A stretch of DNA of 64,000 nucleotides from Takakia lepidozioides. Lineage: Eukaryota; Plantae; Bryophyta. Where the stretch lies: contig CM060731.1 of assembly GCA_030704615.1 (NCBI GenBank), forward strand, positions 23,436,001 to 23,500,000, given 5' to 3'. Made by a program: the position numbers and the translations under genes. How positions within the stretch are numbered: the stretch's first letter is position 1; each line of letters opens with the position of its first letter. Shown in pieces: positions 24,859 to 43,888 of this stretch. Under the pieces are notes generated by a model, which was not told the DNA's origin, searched no databases, and saw nothing but the letters and a program-made list of their open reading frames with translations.

Positions 24859-25585
24859 TGTCGCGGCCCTTTGCCTTGAGGGCAGGGGGTCGGGACACAT
24901 GAGGGGCTGCCCCTGTGGTGGGGGCAGTGGCAGCGATAGGTACGGGGGGCTGAAGCACCCTTGAGTGCCTTGGGCACTCAAGGAGGCGGAGGCGCTCACT
25001 AGGTGGAGCCCCGCACACCGGGTTGCGGTGGGGGTGGCTCCACAAGGGGTGGTGGTAGCTTAGCGGGACTTAGTGGGGGTGGCATAGGACTCACCATGGG
25101 GGCGGAGACCTCGTGGTGGGAGTCGTGGGGAGTCTTGGGACTCATCACGGTCCATAAGGGCCGTGGTGAGTGGGCCAAGACTCACCGCGCCTCATCACCG
25201 GGAGTTGAGGGTTTTCGTGGTGGTTCGCCATAAAATGGCATGGCTGGTTGTGAAACCCCCGCGGACAGCTACAGAAGTATATATAAGGGGAGTAGTGACC
25301 CCGAGAACGGTGCAAGCCCGTTGGTGACCAAAAACTAGTGAGTAAGCGAGCGAGCCGGAAAGCGACCAAAGAGTGGGGAGCTGTTCCGGACTGCCATCTA
25401 CCAAAGGGAATTCTCCTAGTCCCAAATAGGTGGAGGGTTTAGTGGGAAGCGAAGGGGGACCGTTATGTCCCGGTGAGCAGTCGAAGCTCCGAGTTGGCCC
25501 GGCGGCCAAGTTGGGAGTCAGGCGCGCGCATCAAAGCGAGTAACTATGACTTGAAGGGGAGCTTACCGAAGTGAGGTGCGCGACA
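24859..25585. mobile_element. Solo LTR (727 bp)
   Basis: TGTCGCG...CGCGACA inverted termini; 5-bp TSD GTCTG at 24854-24858 and 25586-25590; homologous to 30425-31127. Confidence 0.9.
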
Positions 25586-25799
25586 GTCTGAGTTAAACCT
25601 ACCTACGGCATGGCTCTGATTTTCCTCCTGAATCAGATCCAATAGTATTAAGTTGGCAATGAGCAGAAGAATAGCTCATGTTAGGTGGATGGAGTTGAAG
25701 GTTTAGGGGAAGAAGTTCTTTTTCTCTTTGCAAGTGAATGGCCACAACATTGAATCATTCATCAGAGGTTGCACACGAGACCTAAACTTCATTTGAAAA

Positions 25800-26200
25800 T
25801 ATACGTACTAGTCAGTAATTGATCTACATCTTCAAATCCATGGTCACTTGCTCGAGCAAGGTCACCATCCTGAGTACTTCCATCAGTATGGCTACGTCTG
25901 TATTTACTAGCTATCTCATGTTCATGATTCTTGCCATCACTGTGCATGTCTTCCTCATCATCGCTCAACAAGTCAGATAATACTGATGTTTTCTTCGTGG
26001 ATTTGGCTGAGGCCAAACCAAGTAGTTCCCCACCAATGTGTCTCCGTTGGAACCTTATGTGCTCGCTCTTCAACTCCTGCTTCTTGTTGGGCTTCATCCC
26101 TTTTGATATCATTTGCTTATAGAGCTCAAAATCCTCCCTACCACACACCCTTGCTAAGCATATCCTGCTATCATTGCATTCCATAAGACCACATGTGTGC
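25800..26200 (-). pseudogene. Chimeric remnant: one PPR P motif joined to an unrelated acidic coding-like fragment
   Basis: VVLWNAMIAGYA-stop-QGCGREDFELYKQMISKGMKPN at about 26195-26085, then KKQELKSEH...LSDLLSDDEED...EDVDQLL. Confidence 0.55.
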
Positions 26201-27339
26201 GAAAGCTCAAGCACGCGGGGACATCATCATCCCTTCCCCGCACTGCAAGACACCTCCCCCGGTTCGCCGGGGCATCATCCTCCCTTCCCCGCGCACATCT
26301 CCCGGTTATTTTCGGGCAATCCAGGCAAGGTGAAAAACAATTGACGTTGATGACATGGCTATGAAACGTGGCGACAAAATGTGTCGGAGATGACATGGCA
26401 CTATGGCACCATGACATCCTGCTCTATGCTAAACTATGTCATTCACAGCGTACTATTGTTGCGGCGGTTGCCCATTATGCCGACCGCTGCTACTGGTCGA
26501 CTGCTTTCGCCGACGCCCTCACCAGCCCTACCTTTTGAGGCGAAAAAATGCCAGAAACCACCAAAAAATGTTGGCCCGTGACACCCCTATGCAAAAATAG
26601 GGCCAAAAATAAAAAACTTCGCCACAAAGTGACGGTTCCCTGGGGTAGCTGGTTCCAGAAAAGCACCAAGGGAACCCACCCTTTTTGCCTAGAAACTGGC
26701 CTGGAGCATTGCGCCCTGAATCCAAGGGCTAGCGCCCCATCGCACAATTCTGAGTGTGTCATCCACATTGATTCTTCTTCATCCTCATTAATTTATCCAC
26801 AACCATTCTTCTATATTCGGTCTCAAACACAATCATTCAGTAACATTCATTCGAACCTTTGTTCTGCACTTCTTCTCTTCGCCCAAATATGCCAAATGCT
26901 CAAGTCCGCGGCTATAGGGCCCATTCATGTTGTTCTGTTCGCGCTTATAGGTCTTACGGATGAATGATAATGGCTGAATGTTGGACGAGAAATTGTGGAT
27001 AATAAAGAGTGCGCACCTTTTTTTCACCATGGTTCATAAATAGAAGAATATAATACCCAACCCTTCTTCCAATAGCAGCCGAACCCCACTGGCTTCCGTC
27101 CACACCAAAGTTGAGATCTCACCTAGCCCAGTGCAATGAGAAGACATTACAGACTACAAACCTTTTTTTTTTTTTTTTTTTTTTCTCGCCTGGCTTGTTG
27201 GAAAAAGAATGTGCGGCGCCGCACACCCTTTCTGCCTATTGAAAAAGACCGAATTCAGGACCCCTCCAAGAGCACACTGTTTTTCCAACCAACCAAGGGG
27301 AAAAAAAAAAAAAAAACACACGACAACAAGAGTCTTGTG

Positions 27340-28896
27340 ACAGAGATGTCCAGTATCATGTATGAGAAATTGGGGATTAAAGTAAGGTGGTTGTGTGCGA
27401 AGCTTGTGAGTAGGTGTCAAGAGCTCTGGAATCTAAATGGGATAGTGACCGTAGATGAGATGATGATTAGGCAAATACTAGATGAGTGCAGGATCAGGTG
27501 GCTCAAAAACGGCAGATGCGACCTCCACCAAAGTCCATGGGCAAGAAATTAATCTATGTTTTTTGTTCAAATATACTTTTACATTGATAGATAATGATAT
27601 GTCTAACATTTTTAGTAAAGGGGTCCATCCTAAATATTTGAGATATTTTTTTTATTAGAATGTTGTTTCATAATTTTAAAATTACCTAATTTGTAGGTCC
27701 CCAATTATATAGGACATTTGTCAATCTAGTTATAAGAACTTAGCTCGTTGGGTGGATCTGTGGTGGTTTGGAATGACTTTGATGTTACTCAGGCATTGTA
27801 TCAAAGAACGGATATCGTCTTCAGGCCGTTGGCATGTCGGACATTTACTATTTCTTTTACCTCTCTACATCTGTGTAAAGATAGACTCCCCAACTTGAGT
27901 TTAAGGTATATAAAAGTCCATAGCAGACTAACAAATGAATGAAACTGTCTACAAATTCATCCATGTCTCTTATTCCTCAACGTTAATCTATATTTGGAGT
28001 CCATGTATAAAATGACTACGTGCAAGTTAATGTTTGAGAGTCCAATTGTGGACAAACTGGGAATGTGCCAGCCTTGAGTGCAAGTCCTAAAAGGTACGTA
28101 GCTCAATAAAAAATCATCTAGCTTGAAATTTAATCATACCAACATGTAGATATGGTAGATGGCTAACAACATTCAATCTCATTTGGGATGAAAATAAACT
28201 TATTGCACAATGTTACAGATAATATGAAGAGCATTCAATGAAAAAAACTACAGTGTGACGTCCAAACTGAGCCACCTTAGCCTGCACTCACCCTACTGTG
28301 GCATTAGACAATACATGCCTAAGAAAGTTCCTATCAAGTGGGGTATCAAGGTGTGGTGTGATCTGGCTGATTCTGTTACTAACTATGTATACAACATAAA
28401 TGTGTATTGTGGCAAGAATGGGGATAGTGTAAGTCTGGCCAGAGAGAAGAGTGGGGATGAGGAAGGTTATGATGTGGTCATGCGTCTGTTAAGTGGGTTA
28501 CATGGGATGGATCATGTAGTAGTCACGGATAATTTCTTTACCTCTGTGCTATTGCTGCACGATTTGGCAAAGTTGGGTACTAATTGGATGCTCAAGGGGC
28601 ATCCATGCTAGCTCACTCTAAAGGAGAAGTGTAAAACTGGCAAATTAGTTGGTCAAGGCTAAAAAAAACCATGTTTCTAATTAGAACAAAAATTTCATCT
28701 TCTCTACAAGCCTATAATGATCTCCCACATTTCACGGTGAAATAAGTTCATTTTTGGTGGGTGTATGCAGGTGCGTGCGCACCTACGTGTAAGGTTCATT
28801 TTTCTGATGATTTTTTATAGGTAGTTAGCCTCATTTTACTAGGCATGGGTAGTAATTTCAAGGTGTCAAAAAATGAACCATGTAGGAAGTTAAGGG
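27340..28896 (+). mobile_element. piggyBac-like DNA transposon remnant (transposase fragments plus right terminus)
   Basis: YEKLGIKVRWL...WNLNGIVTVDEMMI (about 27360-27468) and CGIRQYMPKK.PIKWGIKVWC.LADS...VVVTDNFFTS (28295-28545); terminus ...TTAAGGG|TTAA at 28890-28900. Left end not found. Confidence 0.78.
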
Positions 28897-29023
28897 TTAA
28901 TATTGAAGGCATTGTTTACTAGATACTAGGGTAGCCTATGCCGTTGGCCCATGTGTCTAGTGTCACCTAAGTCCAAATGCATCAATATATGAAGCGAGCC
29001 ATATCTAATCATATTTTTTCCAC

Positions 29024-29930
29024 AGAGCCTACGACCAGATTTTTCTCTTAATATCTCTCATGTTGAGGCTCCAATTATTGTCCACCGAAAGTACTTGAAA
29101 TTCGTTTTAGCCATATCTCATCATTTTTCTTCCACAGAGCCTACGACCAGATTTGAACCGGAGACATTTCCCTCGATATCTCTCCCATCGAGGCTCCAAC
29201 CATTGTCCTAGGAATGCCCACTTTGCCATTTTTGCTATTTTGGGGGAATTTCCAATGACCAAAAGTACTTGGAATCCACATCTCCCACACCGCAGGTCCA
29301 AAAGTCATGAGACCAAGCGGGTGCACCCTCCTCGTCGAGGGCTTTCCAATGGTACCAAGCACCAGCGCCGGAGCCTCGCGGTTTGGGACATCTCAACACT
29401 ACAAAACAAAACAAAACAACAAACATCTCGCTTCATAAGGTAGCTTGTGCCGTTGGCCTAAGTGTCCAATATCATCTAAGCCCAAGTGCAATCTCCTATG
29501 TATCTAAGTGTGTCTCTTATGTATCCAAAGGCATCTCCCATGTCGGTTCTCCCATGTCGAGGCCCATTTAAGCCTAGTGTGCAATCTCATATGTATCCAA
29601 GTACGTCTCCCATGTCAAAGCCCGATTAGAGCCTACGACCAGATTTGAACCGGAGACCTTTCCCTTGATATCCCTCCTCTCGAGGCTCCAACCATTGTTC
29701 CAGGAATTCCCACTTTGCTATTTTTGGGGAATTTCCAACGACCCAAAGTACTTGAAATTCCACATCTTCCACAGCGCAGGTCAAAAAATCATGAGACCAA
29801 GCCCGTGCACCCCTCCTCGTCGAGGGCTTTCCAGTGGTACCAAGCACCAGGGTTGGGGCCTCACGGTTGGGGACATCTCAAATCTACAAAACAAGACAAA
29901 ACAAACAAAACAAACGTCTCGCTTCATATA
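29024..29930. repeat. Direct repeats of about 290 bp (29132-29420 and 29627-29926, partial copy at 29024); probably a non-autonomous TE, possibly Helitron-related
   Basis: AGAGCCTACGACCAGATTT occurs three times; the two long copies end in ACAAAACAAAAC...TCTCGCTTCATA. Confidence 0.7.
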
Positions 29931-30424
29931 TTGATATTAAAATCTTTAATTTAAAAATGTGACAACTTAGAGTATACAACCACTTGTCCATATAGCACCC
30001 GGCACCTCTAGATTATAGGTTTGTATGCATTTTTAGTAAAAGATGACATCCCAAAAACCCAAAACATAAAATGTTATGGATAATTATTTTTTAGATAGTA
30101 TTATCAATACCTAAGGTAACTAGTCCATATAAAAGTGGATTTGGATTGGTTTTAAAAATGACACCCTAGTATGTTTTTATTTGTACCATTATATGAGTGT
30201 AGATGTTGTTTTTTTAGTCCATAAGATTTTAAGTGTAACCTCTCCAACCTTAGTAATCAACTTTAAAAATCCATAGCTCTTTGATACATGATTGTTTTGC
30301 AATCTAATAGTGGGTACACATACTTATTGTAGTTAGAAACCCTACACCATATAGACTTAGATGAAATATTGAGTTGTTGGACAAATATGGGTAAAACCAT
30401 GGAGGGATGTCACTGTAGAAACTG

Positions 30425-31127
30425 TGTCGCGGCCCTTTACCTTGAGGGTATGGGGTCGGGACACAAGAGAGGTTGCCCCTGTGATGGGGGCTTTGTAGGT
30501 GGGGGCCTTGTGGGGCAGCAGTAGGAAAAGGGGTTGAAGCACCCTTGAGTGCCTTCGACACTCATAGAGGCGGAGGCGCTCACTAGGAGGAGCCCCGCAA
30601 ATCGGGGTGGTGGTAGCTTAGTGGGGGTGACATAGGACTCACTGTGGGGCTGAAGCGGCCTTTGTAGCGGGAGTCTTGGGGCTCACAACGGTCCATTAGG
30701 GCCGTGGTGGGTAGGCCAAGATTCACCGCGACTCATCACGAGGGTCTTGGTGGCGGTTTACCATAAAAAAAACTTGGTTGTTTGTGAGACCCCACGTCGA
30801 CACCTTACAGAAGTATATGTATGGAGTATTAACCCAGAGAAATGGTGCAAGCCCGTTGAATGACCAAAAGCTAGTGAGTAAGCAAACGAACCGGAAAGCC
30901 TACAAAAGTGTGGGAAGCTATTCCGGATTGCCAACAACCAAAGGGAATTTCCATTAGGCCAGATTGTTAAAGGGTTCTAGGGGGGGGGGGGAGTAAGGGG
31001 GTCCGTTATGCCCGGTGAGCAGCCGAAGCTTCGAGTTGGCTGGCGGCCAATCTGGGGAGTTAGGCGTGAGCATCAAAGCTAGTAATTATGACTTAAAGGA
31101 GAGTTTACCGAAGTGAGGTGCGCGACA
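30425..31127. mobile_element. Solo LTR, same family as 24859-25585
   Basis: TGTCGCG...CGCGACA termini; flanks AACTG/AATTG (TSD with one mismatch). Confidence 0.85.
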
Positions 31128-31536
31128 AATTGCATGTTACGCAAAAACTGAGACATCCAATCCTGCAGATGCCCCCTGACAAGCAGATTTCCAAGACCAA
31201 GCTGCAGATTGATGACCATTACCTCATTGCTACAGGGCAACAGTACAAGTTGTTGCCACAACATTCTTCTACGGCGGAGATCCCTGACATAGTTTGTGTT
31301 TCTCAATTAGTTCCTTCCAAGCTTTTGTTTGATCTTATTTCTATCAACGTGGAAATTTGCCATGTGGTTTTGACCCCTCGTAAACGTAGATTAAATGCGA
31401 ACTTGTTAGAATCTGAAGACTGAACAGTGGCTTGCATGGTGGCTGCTTAATTGGACTTGATTTGATTTGATTGGTATTTACCTATGGGACATATATTATT
31501 TATTTAGGTGCCTCACTTGTAGACAAAGGTTTTGTC

Positions 31537-31888
31537 CCGTGTTGGGCGGTTATTTGAATTTCTCTCTAATACCCGGCGGTTACCTATCCGGTTATATGTA
31601 TATATGACGGGCGGAGGTGAAAAAATGAAGTAACCGGTCCAGTTAGGAACCGGCGGAGGTCACGCATTCAAATAACCGAGCAAAAAACCTCTTAAAGAAC
31701 CGCCCAATACCCGCGGTTATTTGATGAAAACCGCCGGTTATTTGAGGTTTTTGCAAGTAACCGTAACCGGCAGGTTATATCTAGCCATTAAAAATTTAAT
31801 AACCGCAACCGCAGGTTAATAGTTTTCTAAAATTTGAAGCAACCGGAACCGCCGGTTATGAAAAAAATCAAATAACCGCCCAACACTG
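31537..31888. mobile_element. hAT-family MITE (352 bp)
   Basis: TIR C(C/A)GTGTTGGGCGGTTATTTGA; perfect 8-bp TSD GTTTTGTC at 31529-31536 and 31889-31896; many internal AACCG/CGGTT motifs. Confidence 0.9.
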
Positions 31889-31942
31889 GTTTTGTCCGTC
31901 GCTCAACTTGCAGTGCCAAGTTTTCCTTTTTGGGGTTTGTTC

Positions 31943-32720
31943 TAGTGTTGGGCGGATATTACTTTTTTCAATACCAGCCGGGTCCTGGTATTCTTTATTT
32001 ATTTATTATTTATTATTTATTATTTTCAATACCAGCCGGTTCCATAGTATTGGAATATTAACTTAATTTAATATCCGCCGGTCCTCAATAGTAGTATGAT
32101 TTTTGATTTGTGACCAGTATCAATAGGACGGGTATTCCAATCGCCGGTTATCAACCCGGATATAAATAATTAAAATTAAAATTAAAATAACCACCAAATC
32201 ATTAAATATGCCTTTAATTTAGACGCATATTTGATTTCATAGATAAATTAAAATATTCGGCTGCAAAATTCAGACTTTGCATAATAATGTTTCAGATTTT
32301 AGTATGCAAAGTGAAGCGAGCTTTGAACTTGCAAGAAAACTGATTGGAAACCTCATTGTCAAACATGCCAGCATCTGACAACCAGCATGTAGCCCAGTGG
32401 TAATGGGCACATACCACGTTGGATGTGGTTGTGGGTTCAAACCACGGTCTGGTGTGTCAGCTGAAGGCAGTAGCCCTTGTGGTGAAGAGCCACCATAATT
32501 TACGCTCCCTTCAGGAGGCGTCTATATATATATATGCCAACATTTGCAATGAGGTCCTCATATTCATCAATCATATTGTCTTCCGACAAAAAACCGTGAT
32601 CCCTTGCTCACCAACCTTGCAATCCGTCTGCACATCATCCGGCCTATTCTTTAAAATTAGCACTACTTTGTCAAGGTTGTCAATGCCAAGTCGACCGCCC
32701 TACCGACATGTGGTAAAAAA
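31943..32720 (-). mobile_element. Truncated hAT element: one related TIR plus a transposase C-terminal fragment
   Basis: TAGTGTTGGGCGGATATT at 31943; minus-strand RLGIDNLDKVVLILKNRPDD at about 32693-32634 resembles the hAT dimerisation-domain tail. Confidence 0.55.
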
Positions 32721-35598
32721 TGAAAAATAGTGGCGGGCCCTTTCGCATGGACATATCCTAACCGTGACTTGTGCACAAGCTCCAACTTCATATCTTGATA
32801 TTGTTTTTGACCTCCCTCAAAAACTATTGTTGAGATAATTTTCTCTAAGAAAAAACTGCTCAAGCTTGCTCTCCAGCCACCTCACTCCGACCTGCTTAGG
32901 CTCATTCCTGCTTCCCCCCTTTTCTCTTAGTGCTGGATGTTCCCCATGCGATACGCTTTTACGGTTCCCTCGGAGGATATTTTTTCCTCCTATCTGTACT
33001 GTTTGCCCCTTAATAACATCTTCATGGCCTATGTCCCCTGGTGCCAAAAAAATAAAAATAAAATAAAAATGGTCTTGAAAATAGATATTACCTCAACAAT
33101 TGTTTTCTTACCGCTGGGGCTCCAAAAATGGGGATACTTTCTTGCACCATGGGCGTACTTTTGAGCGCCACTATGGGGCACATGCGCCACGAAGGGAAAA
33201 TTTGTGGGAAGGTGGGTTAACGGGTGCAGAATGTGATCCCAAAACTGAACTGAAAATGTCAAGAATTTTGATAAGAAAACCAGGAAAATTTCCCCTATAA
33301 AGCTGCACCCTTTTTTTTTTTTTTTTTTTTCGGGGTCCTCCACCAAATTGTTAGTTCTCCCTGAAATTTATTCTAGGGGCCACATTAGCTCACTTTCTAT
33401 ATGGTCAGTTTCATGGATATTTGCTTTCTACATATAGCCCTTTCCCTTGGCCGTGCCGGAGGTTCAGTTTTTTGCAGTTTTGCAGAAAAAGGATTTGATT
33501 AATCCCGTCCGACGCCGTGTTTTCCCCCTTCTAATGGCTACTAAGATAGCTAATGGCTAAATAAACCCTAATGGCTTACAGATGGTTGACCACAGAATGA
33601 AGTCTCTGAATGGTGCATAGAGAGGGTTGTAATTAAAGGTTACTCTGTCGGTGATTCTTACGGATGAATGAAGGTTTATTGGCCATCAACTTTTAATTCA
33701 TGAGTTCGCTGACAAGGAAGGGGCAGCCCAAAAGAAAGGAAGAAAGAAAGACAGACAGACAGACAGAACATTCTGCAACACATAACACTGTGCACTCATT
33801 TCCTGACTCACTTGCTGCACACTTTGTGTTGCAAAAGCAACAAGAACGTTGCTGCCGAGCTGCTTTCTCTTCCTCTTTCCCTTTCTCTTTCTACGTCTTT
33901 ATGTAAAAGGGGCAGGTGGGCCCTGTGTTCAGACAGAAAGTGTCCAAGCTTGGACCACAAAAAGAAGACTGACAACTTACAAGGAAAGCCCCAAACCCTT
34001 CCCCACAAAACCAATGTACCGTAACACAATCTCCAACTGCCTCGGTAATGTGGACGCCCAAGACTCAAGAGAATAGCCCGGACCACTTCCAACTGTTGGG
34101 CGACCAATGAAATAAGGTCGAAATGCTCACACACCATGTTCTGTTGTACATATATTTTGTGCAAACAACATCGGTTCCAACCAATGCGGAGCTCTCCAAA
34201 GTTGTTGTGGCTCTTGTGTTGGGCGGCATGGGGCGCCTCTGTCCTTATCGCACGCAATACCACCCATGAGCGGCTATCCGCGGCATGGCCACTTGCGCCC
34301 ACACATCATTCGTGTTACCACTGATGTGTACTGCTTTATAGGTAGCCTCATGGCCGTTCATATGGGTGGAATGAACCGCCGTTCTTGACTCACATTTCAG
34401 CTGGCGTTGTGGCCAAGTTATCAAGACCTGAATAAGTAGTCAAGATTGAAATATACGGCAATGTGATGGATTGGTAGAGAATAACGGCAATCTAAATGCT
34501 ACCGCATGATTCCCGCAACACACACAAGGCCGCTAATGATAATCTTTCTGGTTGTTGTATCGCACCTTGGTTTCACTCCCCACCCGCCTATAACAATGGT
34601 TCAAGAACGGAGTAACCCATATTCCACAATCTGATTTAGGTGACAAGATTATTAGTTTTGCACTTTTGTCGCACCGACAATGTGAAGACTTGACATTGTA
34701 TGTATGACAATCTGCAGCTGTTCCTTACTGAATCAAAGTAAATGTGTCAGCTGAGATTAAATCAGTCGGCTTACTAACTTTCAGCAACCGTTGCTCTCCC
34801 ACCCAATCACATCTCTCCTCTGGAACCACAATTGTCCAGGGCATGGGGGCCATGACTTTTGTGTTTATGGGGTGTCCACCTTTGGGCTGACATCCAGAAT
34901 TACATTTTTTACTGTGGGTCTTGACCTTATTCCATGTTGGGAATAGCGCCCAGAAATAGACGGAGATGTCGACAAGTTTGAAACATTCTGCAAAACTGTT
35001 TATAGAATGTGTAGGTAGATACTAGATACTAGAGATTCACAACACTGTGGCAAGTGACAACTGTGGCTGAGAGAAAACAAAAGACTTGAGGCTAAGTCAG
35101 GTGTTAGGACAAGTGTACAATGGCAAGGCATGATTAGTAGCAGGACAGCCTGTGTGAGTGTGCTAATCTTCTTCCTGATTGCCTTGGTAGGTAGGTAGTT
35201 CATGAGTGATCTGAGATGAAGCTCATGACTTGGAAGCATCCCAGAAATGGGAGTGACAAGGGAACTGTATCACTAGTCCAAGTACATGCTAAAGTGGTGG
35301 TGGGTATAAATGGGGCATTCTATACTTGCTTGTTTTTTTTGAAGGGAGAGATTGGGAAGAAGATACTTTGAGGACATTGAAGGAGAGAATCAGTGACTTG
35401 GGTTGGGGGTCTTTTTGCATGGTATAATAAAGTATTGGGAAGAAGAAGCTGCGGTTGACTTGCTGCAGTGTTCTGACGACAAGAGGGGTTTGGGCTGCTG
35501 GGAGGAGCAGCACGAAGCTGCAGTGAACTCAAGGAGGGGCTGTCAGAGTTTTTATGCCTCCTAATTTTGTATTCTCCGCCCCCCCACCTCTTCTCTGG

Positions 35599-35606
35599 TA
35601 TATAAA
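35599..35606 (+). promoter_or_regulatory. TATA box of the malic enzyme gene
   Basis: TATATAAA about 180 bp upstream of ATG 35779, followed by a CT-rich leader. Confidence 0.55.
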
Positions 35607-35778
35607 GGAGTCTTCTTTCATCTTCCTCTTCTCTGATGTAGAGGAGTGTTCTTCATCAGCCTCTTCGTCTTCGTCTTCCTCTTCTTCTGCTCTTGTGTGG
35701 GTGTGTGGAGCTACGGCGTTGGCAGGGGCATTGAGCGTCTGAAGCCCACACGCAGAGCCCCAGTGGGGCAGAGGAGAC

Positions 35779-41481
<5,703 letters not shown>

Positions 41482-42614
41482 CAACCAACACTTCATGCAT
41501 GTCCTTCGTCCCCAATTGACGCATTTCCTGTGCACTCCCAGTCTTGACTGCATTCATTTGCCTGTGGTGCAAAATGCACACAGGGAACAACGTAAACTAT
41601 TATTTATTGTGCATATTAAGCTGGAACTTAAAATGCACCATATTCATTCCAGACAAACTAACCAGACAACCCATTTTGAATGCTCTTCACAACATTACTA
41701 TCCTCCATGCATCACCGACCTTTCCAATGGAAAGGTTGCAAAAAACCAAATTGCTGATGTACTGAAGACATTCCATACCCTTACTGTTGATATAAAGAAG
41801 CTGGTTACAATCTACAAAGGTTACAAAGCTGAATGTCTCGAAAATTGATTTTATGCTGGAGGAGCAGAGTAAGAGGCTCTTCTGGTTCGAGCTCCGGTAA
41901 ATATCTGAAAATCCTGAAATCTGAGTATCGATGAATTCAAGAGAATAGAGGTGTTTTGTTTTCTTTGAGAGAAAGAGGCAGAGCCTCCTCAACCAAATTG
42001 GAGTAAAAAAGAACCAAAATGGAATGAGTTGTAAGCCCTAGAGAAGATTTGTTGGCTCCTCCCTGAGGAGAGACCACGCATCCTTGTCTTTTCTTCTGAT
42101 GTGCTTTTCTCAAGTCATGTGAACGGGTGCCTACACATGCCAGTAGAGAAACATAACCCTAAACCCCAACATAAATAGTTCTTTTCAGTACAACAGAAGG
42201 GGCTCTCATCCCAGATTCACGAAAACTATAATCGTGGTTAGAGAGCGAAGTTGAACCAATAAAATGTCCATGCTTTGTGGCTACATCTATGAACTGAAAG
42301 TTTGTAGATGGCATCCTCAAAACGTTACTTTACAATGATCTCGTCAGGACCCTTTCAATTAAGTAAGCCAGCCTGGTCATGAGGGTTTCTTTGGGTCCTA
42401 GTGTACTTTTGCTTCGCTGCCTGCACAGATTTCCTTGGATCAGACGTTATGATTGTTTCTGCAGTGATTACCCATGGTAGAGGGGTATCAACCCTACGGT
42501 GATCAGTCCTGGAGTTATCTCTAGCTGATGCTACAGCCCAAAATCTGCCATTGGAAGTGTTTCAATGGGGTTTCCAGCCCCCACTTGTAATTGGCCCTCC
42601 TAACATGAATTAAG

Positions 42615-43292
42615 CTACGCCTCTCCTGCCGAACACCCACTAGTAAAATTTGCAAATACAAATGCAAAATACTCTTCTCCATCGTCCAAACTTCCAAGTT
42701 GCCAATCTGGCAAGCTTGCACGGATGCAGTCAACCAAAGTGTGGTACACAAAAACCCTGGTCTGGATCGCACACTTTGTATCGTTGATGAGAACAGGAGA
42801 GCCTTGCACATACGGAAGGTGACTTTGTTGAATCAGCCCTCCAGCATGTTGTGCACTCAAGAGTTTGTTGCACTTGCTACTGGTGGCTGCCTCAAGCGCT
42901 TTGACGGCGTAAGGATGAGACGACACCAAACCACATGCAAACACGCCACTGTTTACCCAACATTCACGTATCATGTTGGTTGCCACACCCTTGTTTCGAT
43001 GATCTTCACGCACCACGAGCTGTGTGATCCAAAGTGCCTTTGAGCTTGTTGTTGGCAAACACGGATACTTCACATAGAACGCATGTCCAACTAAACATCC
43101 TTCAGGGTCCCGAGCTGTCATGAGTCCGCACTTTGAAGGATCAAACAAAAATTGCTCCCCGAGTCTTTTGGCACTAAATTTCACGCGCTCATAGGGACGT
43201 GGGCCTTGCGAATTCCAAACTCCATACTTCAATTGCTCCGTAGATAACTGCAACACGTTTGCGTAACTGAAGCTGTTTGTCGCCATTGCCAC
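42615..43292 (-). CDS. Intronless GNAT-fold acetyltransferase-like protein
   Basis: Motif A-like WITQLVVREDHRNKGVAT, plus YGVW, GLVSSHP and WQLGSLDDGEEY; single 225-aa ORF. Confidence 0.75.
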   Translation of the reverse strand: MAMATNSFSYANVLQLSTEQLKYGVWNSQGPRPYERVKFSAKRLGEQFLFDPSKCGLMTARDPEGCLVGHAFYVKYPCLPTTSSKALWITQLVVREDHRNKGVATNMIRECWVNSGVFACGLVSSHPYAVKALEAATSSKCNKLLSAQHAGGLIQQSHLPYVQGSPVLINDTKCAIQTRVFVYHTLVDCIRASLPDWQLGSLDDGEEYFAFVFANFTSGCSAGEA

Positions 43293-43340
43293 CGCGGGTT
43301 ACTCGTTTCCGACTTCAGGAGAAGCAATGGACATACGGTA

Positions 43341-43888
43341 GACTAGTGCTACATCTAGGGTTTAGAGAGCCCCCTATTACTTTGACTGTATGTGGGGCTA
43401 AAACTTGGGGTAACGAGAATATTTTTCCACTGTCCTGTGAGAATATGCCGTCGTTTCGGAATATTCGCACTTGGTTTCTGGAGTCTTGGCCTAAGGGTGG
43501 GAATCTGTTTGAGTATAGTTCTGTTGGTATTCCCTAGTGGTTCTCTTTGCTGGTTGTAGCGTGTGCTCATCGTCACCGTTACTCTGGACGTGACTTTGTG
43601 TTGTGTCCGTTGAGGGAAGATTGATGGTGAGGCGTTGGCGAGAGATCCACTCGCAACGATATGTTCGTTGCTTGTATCTGATGTATCCTCGTAGGGCTGG
43701 CGATGGGCGTCAGATGGCAGCATTGGGAAGATTGCTGGACGTAGCCATGCAGCACAGAGTGAGGCTCAAGTGATCAAGTTGCGTGATAGAAAATGTTGAA
43801 ATTAAGTACATGAATACAAAAAAACTTGTGCGAGTGATAGGATCGACGTAGGATCGTAGGGTTCTCTGACTACCGTTTAATCTCTCTA
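43341..43888 (-). repeat. Block B, copy 2 (upstream region of the GNAT gene; contains a telo-box)
   Basis: Reverse complement of 20068-20647; TAGGGTTT at 43356-43363. Confidence 0.88.

Noticed and set aside
24859-31127. One full-length LTR retrotransposon bounded by the two 700-bp repeats
   Set aside because: Each repeat has its own TSD and there is no PBS, PPT or pol between them.
33808-34302. 164-aa minus-strand ORF upstream of ME
   Set aside because: Non-ATG start and no recognisable domain in the frames I read.
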